Shown: positions 51,301-64,000 of the stretch, in pieces
How positions within the stretch are numbered: the first letter of the stretch is position 1
Layout of the letters: each line of letters starts with the position of its first letter
From: Podarcis gaigeae
Taxonomy: Eukaryota
Reading direction: 5' to 3' (one strand)
NCBI GenBank assembly: GCA_964106915.2
Contig: OZ066924.1
Length of the DNA stretch: 64,000 nucleotides
Program-made: the position numbers and the translations under genes
Notes under the pieces: model-generated
Database searches by the model: none
The model's input: only the letters and a program-made list of their open reading frames with translations
Told to the model about the DNA's origin: nothing

Positions 51301-53642
51301 TCAGAGCATCAAATGAGAATAATCTGGGGGAAGAAGGAGAGAAAAGCCCTCGCCTCTTCACCTCCATGGCGAATGCGGGCTCTCTCAGCTGGAGGAGTAG
51401 CATCTGACATTCCTCCTCACAAGAGGGAAACTTCAAAAGAAGCGCAGGGAACTGGAGAGGGAGAATCCAATTCGCAGCAGGAAGGGGGACCGCTCTGGAG
51501 AGCTCAGGACCAGCCTGCCTCAGGTTCCCTCTGCCTCTGGCCCGGCTTCCTGGGGGAAAATTTTGCTAGCCTCTCCATGAGAGGGTCCCCTGCCTCCCAG
51601 GCTCTCCCTGCAGCCCCGACATGCCTGGGTCTCTGTTGAGGTCAGGTGACGAGAACGACCGGCTAGCAGTTCCCGGCTCGCCACTCCAGGCTGGACCAGC
51701 GAGGCTTGAAAGGAAAGGCCTTGCTTGACTGGCGGGGGGCGGGGGAGACTTTTCACTCTTCCTTCCGCATAATGCCTTCTGCCCCCTCCCAAAAAGCCCA
51801 TCTCACGCCCATCTTTTGTTTACGAATTCCCTGTGGGGGAACAGTAGAGCAGAGCTTCGACCCACCCAGTGCAATGTCTACTGCCCCTTCGGATCACCTC
51901 GATTGAACAAAGAGTAAAATATGAGAGATGTTTATTTGCTTCTGCCTTTAATGAATTCCTTGAACGGGTTCCCTAGACCTTGAAGGAGCGCACACCAGTC
52001 TTAATTTCGCCCCAGTTCCACCTGCGATTTACTCCTACTTAAGACAAGTTAAGAAGCATCTTGCGGGTAACATCGTATCTAATACCTTCACGTGCAAGTG
52101 TTTGGAGGCTGGGTGCGCGCGCGGACCTCCTCTTTCTCCTCCAACTTTTTTGTTCTTTAAAAAAGTTTGGGATTGTCCCTCAGTTATTAACCAGTTGCTT
52201 AATTCACTTTCCGTTTCCTAAATATAGATGCAGGGCTTTATCTTAAAAAGTTTACTTTTGCATCCTAATTAATTCTTCTAACTAGGGGAATCTTGAGAGC
52301 CTGTTAATTAGTAACGTCGATTTAACTCCTGTGCGACTTTCCTGATCTTTGGCACAAATCAGAGTAGCTTTTCTGCTAACAGAGAGATAGACTAGAAAAG
52401 AGAGGATAAACAAAGACGTAATAGCTGCTTCATGGATCGCTGACCATGTGTTCATTCGGGCATCTCTATCTGCACATCTTAAAGCCACTTTAAAGGATAC
52501 CTAAGAAATCTGGAACCCTGGAACCCTGGGTTTAGCCCTGCTGAATCTCTCATTTCACCCTTGCTTTTCCTTAAATCTCAGTGTGTTAAAGAATCAGGAT
52601 CAGGTTTCCATGTTAATCTGCTACTTGGAAGCAAGTTGGAAGATAACGACTCAGTCCTTCAGCTTCCAAAGTGAGTGGGAAGTTATGATACAGGTGGTTT
52701 CTGAACCTCCCAATTTGGGCTGTTAAGATTTAGAAAATAAAGAAACCATGTCAGCCGCGGGAAGGTGTCCAAACTTTTACCAGGCTGGGGTGGGGATGCG
52801 AATTGGGAACCCCTTGATAGAGCAACTGAGGCTGTGACAGTCTCTCTGCCAGGAAACCCGAAAAAGCGGAGCGGAGCTGGGTTTGCGCCATCCACGCTCT
52901 GTAGCACCATGGACAGCTCCTAGTTCTGAGCTGCCCTCGCCCTAAACAAGCCTCTCCTTGCCTCGTTCAGCCCAAGCCTGGAGCAGGCTGCGGAAGACCG
53001 CGCTCTCAGGGACGACGTTTTTGTATCTTGAATCCCGCCTGCTCCGCGCTTCCTCTCATCTCCCTTGAAGCGGGGAGAGTTAACCATGCATTTATGCCCC
53101 CTTCTCAGGACTTTCCACCTCATGTGCTCCTCTGGTCCGATTACACTGCCCTGGTCTGATGCCACCTGCCCGCAGGCCCCCGATTTCGTTTTCATCCTCT
53201 GTCCTCTCCCTAAGCCCCTTCCGCCAAGATTCCCGCGTTGCCCATCCTTGGTTTCCAGCTTTGCCCAAAACCAGACCTCCTCCTCCTCTCTCTTTCTCAT
53301 TACGGGGATGCGTGCATGCCATTTCCCCCTTCCCAGGCGATCTTCATCTTTCCCCTGGCTATAGAGCCGATACTGGTGGGGGCGGGGATCTGAGGTCCTC
53401 GTGGTTGGTTGCAAAGCAGATCCGCTTCCCTTCTTTGATGCGCGCCTACTCGATGCAACCCCACTGACTGCCAGGCAGCTGGTTAATTGCAGCCTCGGGA
53501 GAGGCACCCCAGAGCCAGAGCCCTAAGAGCCTGGCAGCCCTCCCTTTCTCCCTCTCCACCCTCCCCGCTTTGCTAAAGGGTCGGCTAGTCTGCGCGTCTC
53601 AGCCCCGTAACTTTACCTCCCTTCAACTTCCCCCTTCCAGAC

Positions 53643-53656
53643 CCGCCACCTGCTGT
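53643..53656 (-). promoter_or_regulatory. CTCF-like motif
   Basis: Minus strand ACAGCAGGTGGCGG, 13/14 match to CCASYAGRKGGCRS. Confidence 0.45.
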
Positions 53657-56600
53657 GATCGTCGGGACTTTAAGCCCTCTCTCAGTCTCCGCATCCTTTA
53701 ATTCAAGTTATGCGCAAGGAGAGAGAGAGAGAAATAATGTCTCTTTTTTCTTCCTCTTTGATCACGTCCCTGTCATTTTAGCAAACAACTTGCAGCCGTG
53801 CAAGCTTGTAAAGTCAAGCTATTTACGTGTTCGCTATTTAAATGCAACAAGATGCTCTCTACTCATTAAAATGTTCTCGCTCTGCCTTCTTTTGCTGAGA
53901 GGACCGATCCCTTCCCATTTGCTTCCCCGATCCGTCCAAAATTACAAAAAAATGGTAAAGGGGGGGGATGAGCAAGTTGGATAGCTAAGGATTTCCTGGC
54001 TTTCCCTTAATATAAATGCCCCCAGCCCCAGCTGAGCAAGGACAGCGAGGAGTTACAGACCTCCTTGCTTTTGAGTTATTGGGGAGGAATGGCTTTGGGG
54101 CATTAGGAAAGCAAAGTTATAGCCCAGTGCTCTTACTAATATCAAATACTATTACGGATCATGAGCCAGATTCATGGAAACGGATATTTAGATATCCACA
54201 ATAGGGTTATTTGAGGGTTATTTTCCTCTCCTCAAATGAAAGAACCCGCTGCCTTCTCTCTGCTAGCTTGTGGAGAACAGAGTTTGCTTATTAAAAGGGT
54301 TCGCTCCAACGTCCGAGTCGAATTACTCTGTTTTCAGCATCAACTTTGCCGGCAAGTTCACGAGGGAAACCTCGAACCCCCTTTTCGTCATCACGACCCC
54401 TTATCCGTGTTACGATGGATTAAATGGAATCCCTTCTTCTCGACCCACCTGTAGTCGGTTCGCCTCACACACACGCGCACCACCGTTTTCACTGTTCTCT
54501 ATAGGGCAGCTTCGTAGGGGGAATTCTTAGTTTTCTCTGCTTGATCTTCATTTGCATCCACAAAAAGTCCAAGGAAAGGGTCCACTCGCTCCCCCCAACT
54601 AGCCAACCGGCCTTGGGTAGGCGGAGGGGGCCGTTTTCGTTTTTTGTAGGAGGGACCCCCGAGGCAGAACGGTTAGGAATTAAACTTTCAGAGGAATAAC
54701 CTGTTGCACGCTTCTGATTTGGGGAAAGTGAAGATCACCGTGGTATTTTATTTTTATTTTTTAAATTCGTGGTATCTTCTATCTAACCAGGATATTTTAT
54801 AGCGTGGATACTGATAGCTTTCTGAACAGTAATCGAATTGATTCCAGACCATAATTCAGACATTGTTGTAGTGAGCAATGTTACTATAAACCAGTTTTGT
54901 ATTATTGTTATTCTTATTATTATTGACAACCAATTGGACGAGTGAAAGTTAGATTTCTGCATATTTAAGAGGGGGAAGGATTTGTGTTTCGAGGTAGCTC
55001 ACCTTCGGTATTAAATATTTGCTCCTTTCTTTGATCTATATTAGGATATTAGGTTTCTCCGGAGCGTGAGCCTCACTGACTAACAAAAAAATCCTTTTGT
55101 CAATCCTGCATTAAACCTTCTCATCTCAGTTCTTACGAAATCCTCTTTCTTCGGGTAATTTTGCTTTGTGTCTCCCCCACCTTCATTATTCTGAACATAC
55201 ATATCCTGAACATATCCTGAACAATTTAGCGAGTGCATGTCCGTGTTAGTAATCTAAAAAATAACTTTTAATGGGAGGCATATAGAAAATAATGGAATCT
55301 TAGAAAGGGGAAACAGAAAAGGGACTAGAGATTGGGTGTCCAACATGAAAGCATTTTCAATTATTTGCTCCTCAATTATTTTCCCCAGCTATGGTTTACC
55401 TTGTGATTATTTTCTTTTTTTCTTATTCGTGACATGCGTTGAAAAATATTACTCTCCCCCCCCCCCTTTCTTACCTCTTGTAACCCTTCAAAGTCGTTTG
55501 AAATTACTTTTCTTGTCTTTTGGCCATTTGTCAACGTCAAAACTACCTGGGCTATCTAGTGAAATGAAAGTGTTTCGTGTATATCTTAGATATATGAAAG
55601 GATTCCTCAATAGAGTTTTCTGGAAATCAATAGACACCCATTAATGTCCTAAGTGCCTACTGGGTATTTTTTTTTGGGGGGGGGGAATAGTCAGCTCCTT
55701 GGGTATAATATCCTGGGATAAAGTTGCAGGATCCTCATTACAGTCCACTGGGATAGTGGAGTTTGACAAAGAACATTTTCAAGAGTAATTACATTTAGGG
55801 AAGTTTTGAAAACATGGGGCGGGCACCAGATGCTGCTTCTGAGCTCTGTCTTGCTTCAGGAACGTATTTCTGTCGCCTCTCTCCCACTGAATGATTTTGG
55901 ATATATGAGTGTCATTTTCCTGTTTATCTATCTGTGCTCAAGCCTAAGTAAAAAAAAATTTTTTTTTTACTTTTAACGTGCCACAGTATGTGCGTGTAAG
56001 ATTGTGTGTGTATGAGCACGCACGCACACACACAAGTGCATATATCACGCATTTATTCGCTAGCATCCTTGTAATAATGGGTTCGACTTTCAGCCCCTGC
56101 AAGACAAACTTTATTCTGCTCCATGGAAATGAACCTTAGATGTGCAGATGAACTCTATACACTTATTGAGTAGAAGCTACACTCCGGCCCACCTTATTAA
56201 CGATTATAATTGTGGCTCCCTGCTCATCAGGACCGGCTCTCTGAAAGAGATTTCTTTCTGCTACTCTCTACTTCCCTTCATACCCGCACGATGCTTAAGC
56301 TGACGTCCCCAGAGCGTTCAGAGGAGGAGACACATATCCTAAGACTAAGCAAGGCAACCCAGCTTCTTTCTCCATGGGCAGTTCTGCCTGGCCCACAAAA
56401 GATGGGAAAGAGCCTTGCCTGCTTTAAAGCACTGCTCTTTAAAGATCAACTGCTGAAAGAGATACCTGTGCGCTTTGAATTGCTTTAGGGGAGGGAGGGA
56501 GAGAATCAGAGCGAGGTTCTGCCGGCGCTGCACCTAAAACCAGAATGTCCCAGGAAGGTAGAGGGATTCGTTCATGTTGGTGCAAGTGAAGCCGTAACAA

Positions 56601-57925
56601 GAGCCAAACTCTGCAGCATTTAAGATTTCATTATCAGCTTTCTACCTTGGAAAACGAGACCCGTTTGCTTAACTTAATCCGGAACATATGTTTGCAACTG
56701 TAGCGCCGTGTGTGTGTGTTTGTGTGTTTCTCTGTGTGTGTGGTTTGAAGTTGATCAAGTTGTAAATTTTCCGCCTTAGGTTTTCAGCGCCTCCTAGTTA
56801 CAGCCTAACACTTTGAGATTTTACAAAGGCTCTAACTAAAGGGAAGAAAATGAAATAACAACCATGTAATTTATCGAATGTTGCGAGTCGCACCAAACCA
56901 GCCTATTTTTCTTCCCCTGTGGTAGTGATTGTCGTTAAAGACCTGCATTTCTGAGAAACTGAGCCAGAAAAGAGAATGCAACAAAATGACTTCTGAAAAA
57001 GGAACGTCTTTAATATGCATTGCTGTTTTAACACTTAGGAATACGCTCTTCCTGTTTCTATAAACGTAACGATGATCACAATAATAGTATTTGAAATCTG
57101 GAATTAATAATAAATTAAAAGTACTTTATACTCTAATACATGTACCTGTCAATACAAAACTTTCAGATTACTTTTTCTAAGGAGAGGAGTTTCCATATAA
57201 TGAATCCCTAACCATATAATCAATAGAAACAACCGAGGCTTTTAAATTTCTAAACAGTTTTCTTACTTTAATGAAATGAATAAATTTAGAACACGGAAGG
57301 TAATTTTGCAGAATAAATTTAGACTGTAGGAGATACAGAAACAGACCCCCAGGCTTTACAAACCTTTAAAAAAAGATGAAAAGAGAACGTACATTTGATT
57401 TTGTGGCATTTTCACTTTAAATCGCTCATAATTGTTTTGATCTATTCATGAAAGAGTGACAAGGAGGCTAACTTAATACGACCAGTTTCTATTTCTGGTG
57501 AAGCTAGATCTCATGTGCGTATTTACATTGCCTGCAACTAATGAAAACATGTATCAAATCTCCGGGTTGTGTGTTGCTTTTTTTTATTAGGTTTCCCTAA
57601 ATACAAATTAGCTACATTTTGGTCCAGCCACCAAAAAGGAGGGAAATCATTAAGTAGATTACAACATGATTACAACATGAATTGGCAGAGAGTAAAGACT
57701 CCATAGTTCAGATGTTGCTTGCAGGCTGCCTTTTATTTCAATCGGGATATTTATATGATGATTCTGTATGATTCTTAACATTATTTAATAGCACTTTTTC
57801 TTTTTTTGCTGGAACTAAAGTGCGTTCCTCGCAGAACGAAGCGGGGGTAGGTAATCTGATTTATCTGGGGGAGGATATACGAAAAGGGGCCGTTATAGCT
57901 CTGAATCGGAATGTATTGAGAGACA

Positions 57926-57941
57926 CAGCGCCATCTAGCAA
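57926..57941 (-). promoter_or_regulatory. CTCF-like motif
   Basis: Minus strand TTGCTAGATGGCGCTG; the core CTAGATGGCGC is intact. Confidence 0.45.
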
Positions 57942-58990
57942 ACAAACGGAGAATCAAAGGCGAGGAATCGGCGAGGCCCTTCGGGCAGTCATAGAAAGAG
58001 AGGGGGAGAGAGAGAGAAGCGAGAGAGAGACTGAGCAGGAAACTTACACTGCCTCGTCAGTTTCACCTGAGCAGAGCTCCCCCTCCCCCCCAGCAGACAA
58101 TCCGCACTCCGTTCAGTGTTTCGCAGGGCTCTGCCCTTTCCCTCCCTGCTTCTGAAAGAGCACCTCGGCTCCGTGTCGTTTGCGCTTCGCTTCTGAGTAT
58201 TAGGACATGCAGGTTTCCCCTAATCAAGGTCAGATATTACTAGCACTATCTGGTCCCTGGGATGTATACAACCGAGGTACACGCACCTGCCAGGCGCTTA
58301 ATAACTTTTTCTCTGCTCGTTATCGCCAGCTCTCGTTTTTAGGGATGGGGAAAGAGTGAGAGAAGTCAATTGAGCAGTACAGAAAGGACAAAAGTCACCA
58401 GGTCCCCTGACTGCTCTATCCTTGCATCTCCACCACACCCCAGTATAGCCAAGGTGGTTGGTGGCTGCTTGGTTGCTTTGCTGGTCCGGGGAAATGCAGG
58501 CGTTTAAACGCTCGGTGAAATAGATGTAATATATTTTCACAAACTTAAGATGCCAGGCGGTGGCCACGTCGCTCAAGGGAAGCAACGCCCTTCGATGTGT
58601 ATTTGCATGGCTTTCGAAGGACTACAAAACAAAGGCAGGGCATATTCTATTCTCGTAATCTTTGCTGTTCGATTAATCTTCTGTGGCTGTCTTTCTTTTT
58701 TTAAAAAAAGGATGGTGGAGGGAGAGGAAAGGGTGTGGGGGGGGGGGAGCAGAGAGAATAAACCAAATAATCCACCTCTGGGTATTTGCAAGCCATGTTT
58801 ACATTAGTTCTGCAAAATTAAACAAAGACACCAAATGACTGTGAGGAAGAGAAATTGTTGCCACTCTGCAAGCGCGCGGAAGGCTCTCTAATAAAGGAAG
58901 AGTCATTATCGAGGCTTCGTGGAAATCGTCGCGGGTTAGGAAGAGGCGACTAAGACAAATAAGGCGCACCTTTGCCTTCACAGCTCTTTA

Positions 58991-59004
58991 TTGCCACCTG
59001 CTCG
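58991..59004 (-). promoter_or_regulatory. CTCF-like motif
   Basis: Minus strand CGAGCAGGTGGCAA, 12/14 match. Confidence 0.45.
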
Positions 59005-59936
59005 AGAAATGTTCCTGCGGAGTATCAGAAGCCCAAATGTCACCCGTCGCTCTTGTGCTGTTGTTGTGAAGTGTCTGGGCTGTGAAAGATTGTCTCCAGA
59101 TGCGCCCACCCTTCAGAACAGGCTTCTGGCGCCCACTCGCCTTTCAACTGGCCAAGCATCTTTCGACATTCCCCTTTTAGAAGCCCAGTATTCAACATCT
59201 CAGCTAACCTTGCATCCTTCCCAAAAAAACCTCCCCACCCACCTCTCCCCGGCCATTCAGATCCTTGAGATTAACATGGCTTGAAACTAACAGGGTTCTC
59301 ATAACGTGTCGGTCGTAACAACCACAAGGGTCCGATCCACCAGCTCTAGTGTTTGCTTGCCTAACTCCCTGAAGGAAAAAGAGGGGGGGTCTTCCCCCTT
59401 CCTCCTCTAATTTCTTTTTTCCCCGAGGTCTGAGCTTTCCGTTCTGTGAGATCCATGGGAAATACGGGGCAGAATGGTGGCCACTGAAATCAGCTCTGTC
59501 TCCTTTGGGCTCTGTCCAGCTCTTGAAGTTCCTTGGAAAAAAGGAGAACTATATTGGGGGAGCGGGGTGTGTGTAGGGCAGGGAGAAGGCTGCTCTCTTT
59601 GGGTGGTTTCATCGCTATCGCCTGTTCTCGTCCAGATTTTCTTACCCATGAAACCTGCTCCGTGGTGGGGTTCCCCAGCTGTTTAAATGAACATTGATTT
59701 ATTGCGTTTAAAAGTAAATTTACACACACGCCAACATCATTCCGTTTTGTTTCCCCAGACCCTAAGATTTATTTTCTGCTTAGCGCTTGTCTGACAAAAC
59801 AATGTCCTTTAACTTTATTACACATCGATGAGGAAATCTGTCTTATTTCCCCCCTGCTTGGATTTATTGCTCTTGTTACCTGGTTTGTTGAGGAAGGGAT
59901 GGGTGGAGAGAAGGCTGTGGAAAGCGGGGAAATTAC

Positions 59937-59958
59937 GAAAAAAAGAAAAAGAAAGAAA

Positions 59959-60010
<52 letters not shown>

Positions 60011-60020
60011 AGAAAGAAAG
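59937..60020. repeat. (GAAA)n polypurine microsatellite
   Basis: Direct reading. Confidence 0.95.
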
Positions 60021-60717
60021 GCTGACTTGAAGAAATATAGGCGCACCTCGCAGGTCCCGGGCTTTGGGGAAAGGGAGCAGGCGGAAGAGCGGGAAAATAC
60101 TAATTTTCACAAATTAGAATGTTCGAGTGATTTGTTTTAAGAGACACAAAGCTCCCTTCATCTGCTAGAAGGCCTGATGCTCTTTGCACAAACTCTTTTG
60201 CAGCAGATCCATTACTGAGAAGCAAAAATATAATACAACAAAACAAACAAAGCAAAATAAAAATAATCCTACCACTCTGACTTACCTCTGCGCAGTAAAG
60301 TCCCAATTACCCAGCCTATGGGATGGTTGCTCTCAGGGGATTGAGCTGCACTTTGAAACAGTCTTTACGGTACACTTCATCTACGTTTTTGTTGTCTTTA
60401 GTTCTCATTAAAAGGCCACTTTATTCTTTTCACTGATATACTGTCTGTGTTCTTCATTTCACACTCTTGAAAGCAAAGTTCTTACAACTTATCAGGGAAG
60501 AAGGGCTCCGAGGCTCTTTGGGGTGGGGATGGAGCTAGAGGGGATGAGAAAGAGAGGCAGGAGAGGGAAATCCGTGGACAGGAATTTTAAAGATTTTTTT
60601 CTGAGCACACAGAGAGAGAGACAAACAAGAGAGGTTGTTGAGGCAATGTGCTATTTCAGGGGTGTTGGTGGAAAAATTGAAAAGGGCTATCGGGCAGTCA
60701 TACAGCGTTAGCCAGAC

Positions 60718-60719
<2 letters not shown>

Positions 60720-60748
<29 letters not shown>
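60720..60748. repeat. (GT)n microsatellite
   Basis: Direct reading. Confidence 0.95.
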
Positions 60749-60750
<2 letters not shown>

Positions 60751-62094
60751 CCTGGCCTTATTCCGACTCCCCTACTCCCCCCCCCCAACCTGATTTATCA
60801 CAGAGGCGTCTAATAATCACTTTGGAGATGTCAACTGAGGACTGTCCCTTTGCAAGGCGAAAGTGAAGATGTAAGGAAGGGTGGGGGAGCAATTCTTTGT
60901 AGAGAGTCTCAGACCAGACCCCCGGGCTCCGAGAGCCACTCCACCCGCCTTCCCCACTTGTTGTCCAGACCGGCGCAAGAAACCCAAAGCATTTATTTGG
61001 AAGAATCTCTTACCGAGCCAGAAAGAGGGTAGTAGGGTCAGTCAGCTACATCGGTCTGAATCGATCTCTAATCAATATCGATCTCGAATCGATAAGACCT
61101 TTTTCCCGTGCGCGCGTGCGTGTGCCCAGATAGCGTATACACGGCTCTAAGAATGCACCCAGGATCCGACCCGAAGTGGAGCCAAAGAAGAAAAGGGGGC
61201 AAGGCTCTAGCAGCATTTCTTTCTGCTTGCCCTTTGAATGGGGCCGTGTCACTCAGAGAACTAAGGGCCATTTCTTTAATCTCTCTCCTCTGCCCTCACA
61301 GATCGACAGCCTTTCTCCCCTCTCCTTGCTACCCCCCCCTCATGCCCCCTCCCTTCAGGGCACAAGATCCGCGTCCAGCTAGGCTCAGGCCGTCGCCGCT
61401 GCCTTCAGTGGAAGATCATAAGCCGGGCTACGTCCCCTGGTCCCCGACGAGATAGACGCCGGGGCTCCTGGAGAGCCGTGCGGACCCCTGGGCACCCCCA
61501 CTCCTCACTGGAGCCATGCCCCAAAGAAATGGTGGGCCCAGGATTGGTATGAATTGGTCTTTTGGGGAGTGGGATGATTTTTCTTAATTCAATAAGGCAT
61601 CCTAAAGACAGGTGGAATGCCCCAGAATACCTATTTGTGGATTAGAAAACTGCATGGAGACGTTTTCAAATCGAACCGACATTCTATGGATTCGAATTAG
61701 GATGGATCTTTTCTCCCCCCCCCTTTTTTTTTATCTACCCAGTTATGCCACAGTGGTGAACCAGAGGGAATTAAGCCCTCTTCAAGTCCAAAGGCTTGGA
61801 TTCCTCTTCGAGGAGGCTCGGGCTACAGATGGCTCAGGGACACTCAACCAGCTTCATAGGAGCCAGCAAAGACTACGAACTAGCTGCTGCCACACGTGTG
61901 TGTGTGTTGGGGGTATTTTTAGAGTTGGAGTAGCCACTCCACCAGGCAAACGGAGAAATGGTTCAAAGCAAGATCTCTACTGCTGCCCTCCTTTACTCAC
62001 AAGCAAGCCCGCCCGCCTGCCTCCCAATTTCATGAGGCTTAATCCCAAGGAACCATGCACAGGCGGCCTGTATTCAAGGAAGAGCCATTTTGCA

Positions 62095-62098
<4 letters not shown>

Positions 62099-62142
<44 letters not shown>
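62099..62142. repeat. (CT)n microsatellite
   Basis: Direct reading. Confidence 0.95.
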
Positions 62143-62145
<3 letters not shown>

Positions 62146-64000
62146 CTCCGAGGTACTATCGAGAGAACGTCAGCCCACCCCCTCCCCGGCTCGACCCTCG
62201 CCCAGATTAAGCCGCAGTAGTTCCATGTCAGCTGATTTCCCACCCCACTCAGAGACACCTCTGACTTAATTCCGGGATTCTGAGAAATGTAAATAAAAGG
62301 GCATCGGACTCGGGTGTCAGGCGCCCTGGGCCCCCGGAAATTCAAGTGGATGGCAGATTGAATAAATGCCGGCATTACCGAATTGTGGGCAGGTTTTTTT
62401 TGGGGGGGGGGGGAAGGTGAGAGGAACGATCTGAGGGTGGGGGCAAACGGTCGATTCACCCACAGAATCTGACATGTTATTTTCTCTTTGCAGCAATAAT
62501 AAATAGGCACTAATGAACCGAGGTACTAACTGTGTCCCCTACGAGGGCAAAGCTCCAGGCGCAAAGATGATTGCCCGTTGCAAATGGTGAGCAAACACGC
62601 GCGCGCGCACACAAACACCCACACCCCCCCCACCACTAACTTGGGACCCGCTTTCTAGCGGCCCCTTCCCAAGGAAAGGCGAGGGCAGCCGAGAACGTGG
62701 GTGAATAAAACGCCAGTTAAAACGCTATTAAACAGCGCAGAAGGTGCAAAGCTCGCGCCTCGTTCCGCCTTGATATGCAATTAAATTACAGCAAATTCCT
62801 CTTTAAATAATATCGTTTGGAATCCTTCGCTAAGATTCAAGGATGTCTGAGGTTAAGTAGCTTTTAAAACGTCAGTTCTAAATGGCTTATGCAATGAATA
62901 GCTACCTTTAAATCCTAACACCATTATAAATACTCTATACATGTGGATGTCAGTTTATCTCTACATATTTCTTCTTCAAATGAGGAAAGCATTCATGATC
63001 ATCATAATAAAAAAGCTCCTTGACATATTTGAGTTTAGAAAAGCAGATGTTAATTCCACCCTCCCTTCTCCCCACATCTTGTTTTATGACCAACTCTGTT
63101 GGAAAGGAGCCAACGGCGCCCTGCGCTTTGCTCGGTGACTAGTAGCCCGGGCGCATTAGAGCCTTCGCAGCACCAGCCGAGACGAGGCTCGAGCCATAAA
63201 AAACCCCCCACACATCTGGGTTTCTTTCCCTTTTTTTGTAATAACAACAAAATTAAATTAGGGAAAGAGTTGCAATAAAAATGGGAGGAGGGGGAAAGGG
63301 TCTTGGGGACTTGGGGATGGATGCGGAAAGAGAACACACCTGCAGCCGCGCCGGAAAAAGAAACGGCCTATGGATATTTTTCAAGATAGAAAGAGCCTTT
63401 CTGGGGGCCTGGCCAAACAGGCGTGTATTTTCAGTGAAATAAGTAAAAAATAATAATAAAATAAGAGGAGGTGCCAAATATGATCGCCAGCTCCCCACAG
63501 ACACAGAGAAAACAGTGTTCAGGACACTCCCCCCTGTTTTAGGGGGAGAGACACCTCCCCCAAAAAACCAATGGTGATTCCTGGACAAGAAATGCTTTAC
63601 TTCAGAGCACCCCCCTTTTTTGCTGTTTTCACTTTCCCATTCTCTCCAGGCAGCCTCCCTTCCCTTCCAAGCCGAGGGATCAAGTCTGAGGGTTCCCATC
63701 GTTTTCTCGCTCCCTCCCCCGCTCCTCTTTTCGCCCCATTAACTAATATGTTTGAGAAAGGTTCTTGTTTGCCCTGAGTTACACGGGGAGCAGAAGACAT
63801 GGGAGGGCTTGAGACAGCGACGGCACCGCCACACAAACCCGGAGCCGAGCTTTCCCTGGCATCACAATTAAGTGTATGCAATATTTATCATTCGACAATG
63901 TTTGCCATCAGGAAACACCAAACGTAAAATCGGTGGAAGTTTAATAAACAGACACCCAGAGATTGATCAAATAGAATGAATAAACATGCCTGGATTTTTT

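Larger units (their letters stand above)
43200..64000. promoter_or_regulatory. CpG-retaining, TE-depleted regulatory domain (putative methylation canyon 3' of NR2F1)
   Basis: CpG stays frequent even in AT-rich stretches from about 43.2 kb on, and no recognisable LINE/SINE was found. FAM172A-NR2F1 tail-to-tail synteny is established in mammals. Confidence 0.65.

Noticed and set aside
55946-55972. A9/T10 palindrome
   Set aside because: Low-complexity homopolymer junction with no evidence of function.
44800-64000. Many 60-212-aa ORFs (e.g. 45394-46032, 52920-53507, 61612-62220)
   Set aside because: No recognisable domains, often crossing microsatellites, and expected by chance in GC-rich DNA. 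No NR2F1 zinc-finger or ligand-binding-domain peptide was found.
1-64000. Prokaryote-type systems (CRISPR arrays, operons, defence islands) or endogenous viral genes
   Set aside because: No regularly spaced repeat-spacer array, no dense ORFs and no viral protein motifs; all hallmarks are squamate.

Overview
Vertebrate genomic DNA, most likely a lacertid lizard (full-length Sauria SINE, Squam2/Squam3-type SINEs, squamate L2/CR1/Rex1 fragments). The only host protein-coding sequence I can support is the terminal coding exon of FAM172A/ARB2A (+ strand, 43694-43836), which the ORF track misses because it lists the wrong frame. Positions 1-43693 read as that gene's large, AT-rich, CpG-poor, TE-containing last intron. 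It holds four assembly gaps, a decayed DD34E Tc1 transposon with a nested SINE, and several enhancer-like motif clusters. From about 43.2 kb to the window end the sequence becomes CpG-retaining and nearly TE-free. By conserved synteny (FAM172A lies tail-to-tail with NR2F1/COUP-TFI in mammals) this should be the regulatory domain 3' of NR2F1; no NR2F1 coding sequence is in the window. The most notable structures are in the FAM172A 3'UTR. One is a G-quadruplex versus 23-bp hairpin pair of mutually exclusive folds directly after the stop codon. The other is a stem-loop resembling human pre-mir-2277, sitting in the mRNA of an Argonaute-associated protein. Orthology statements come from recalled sequences, not database searches.
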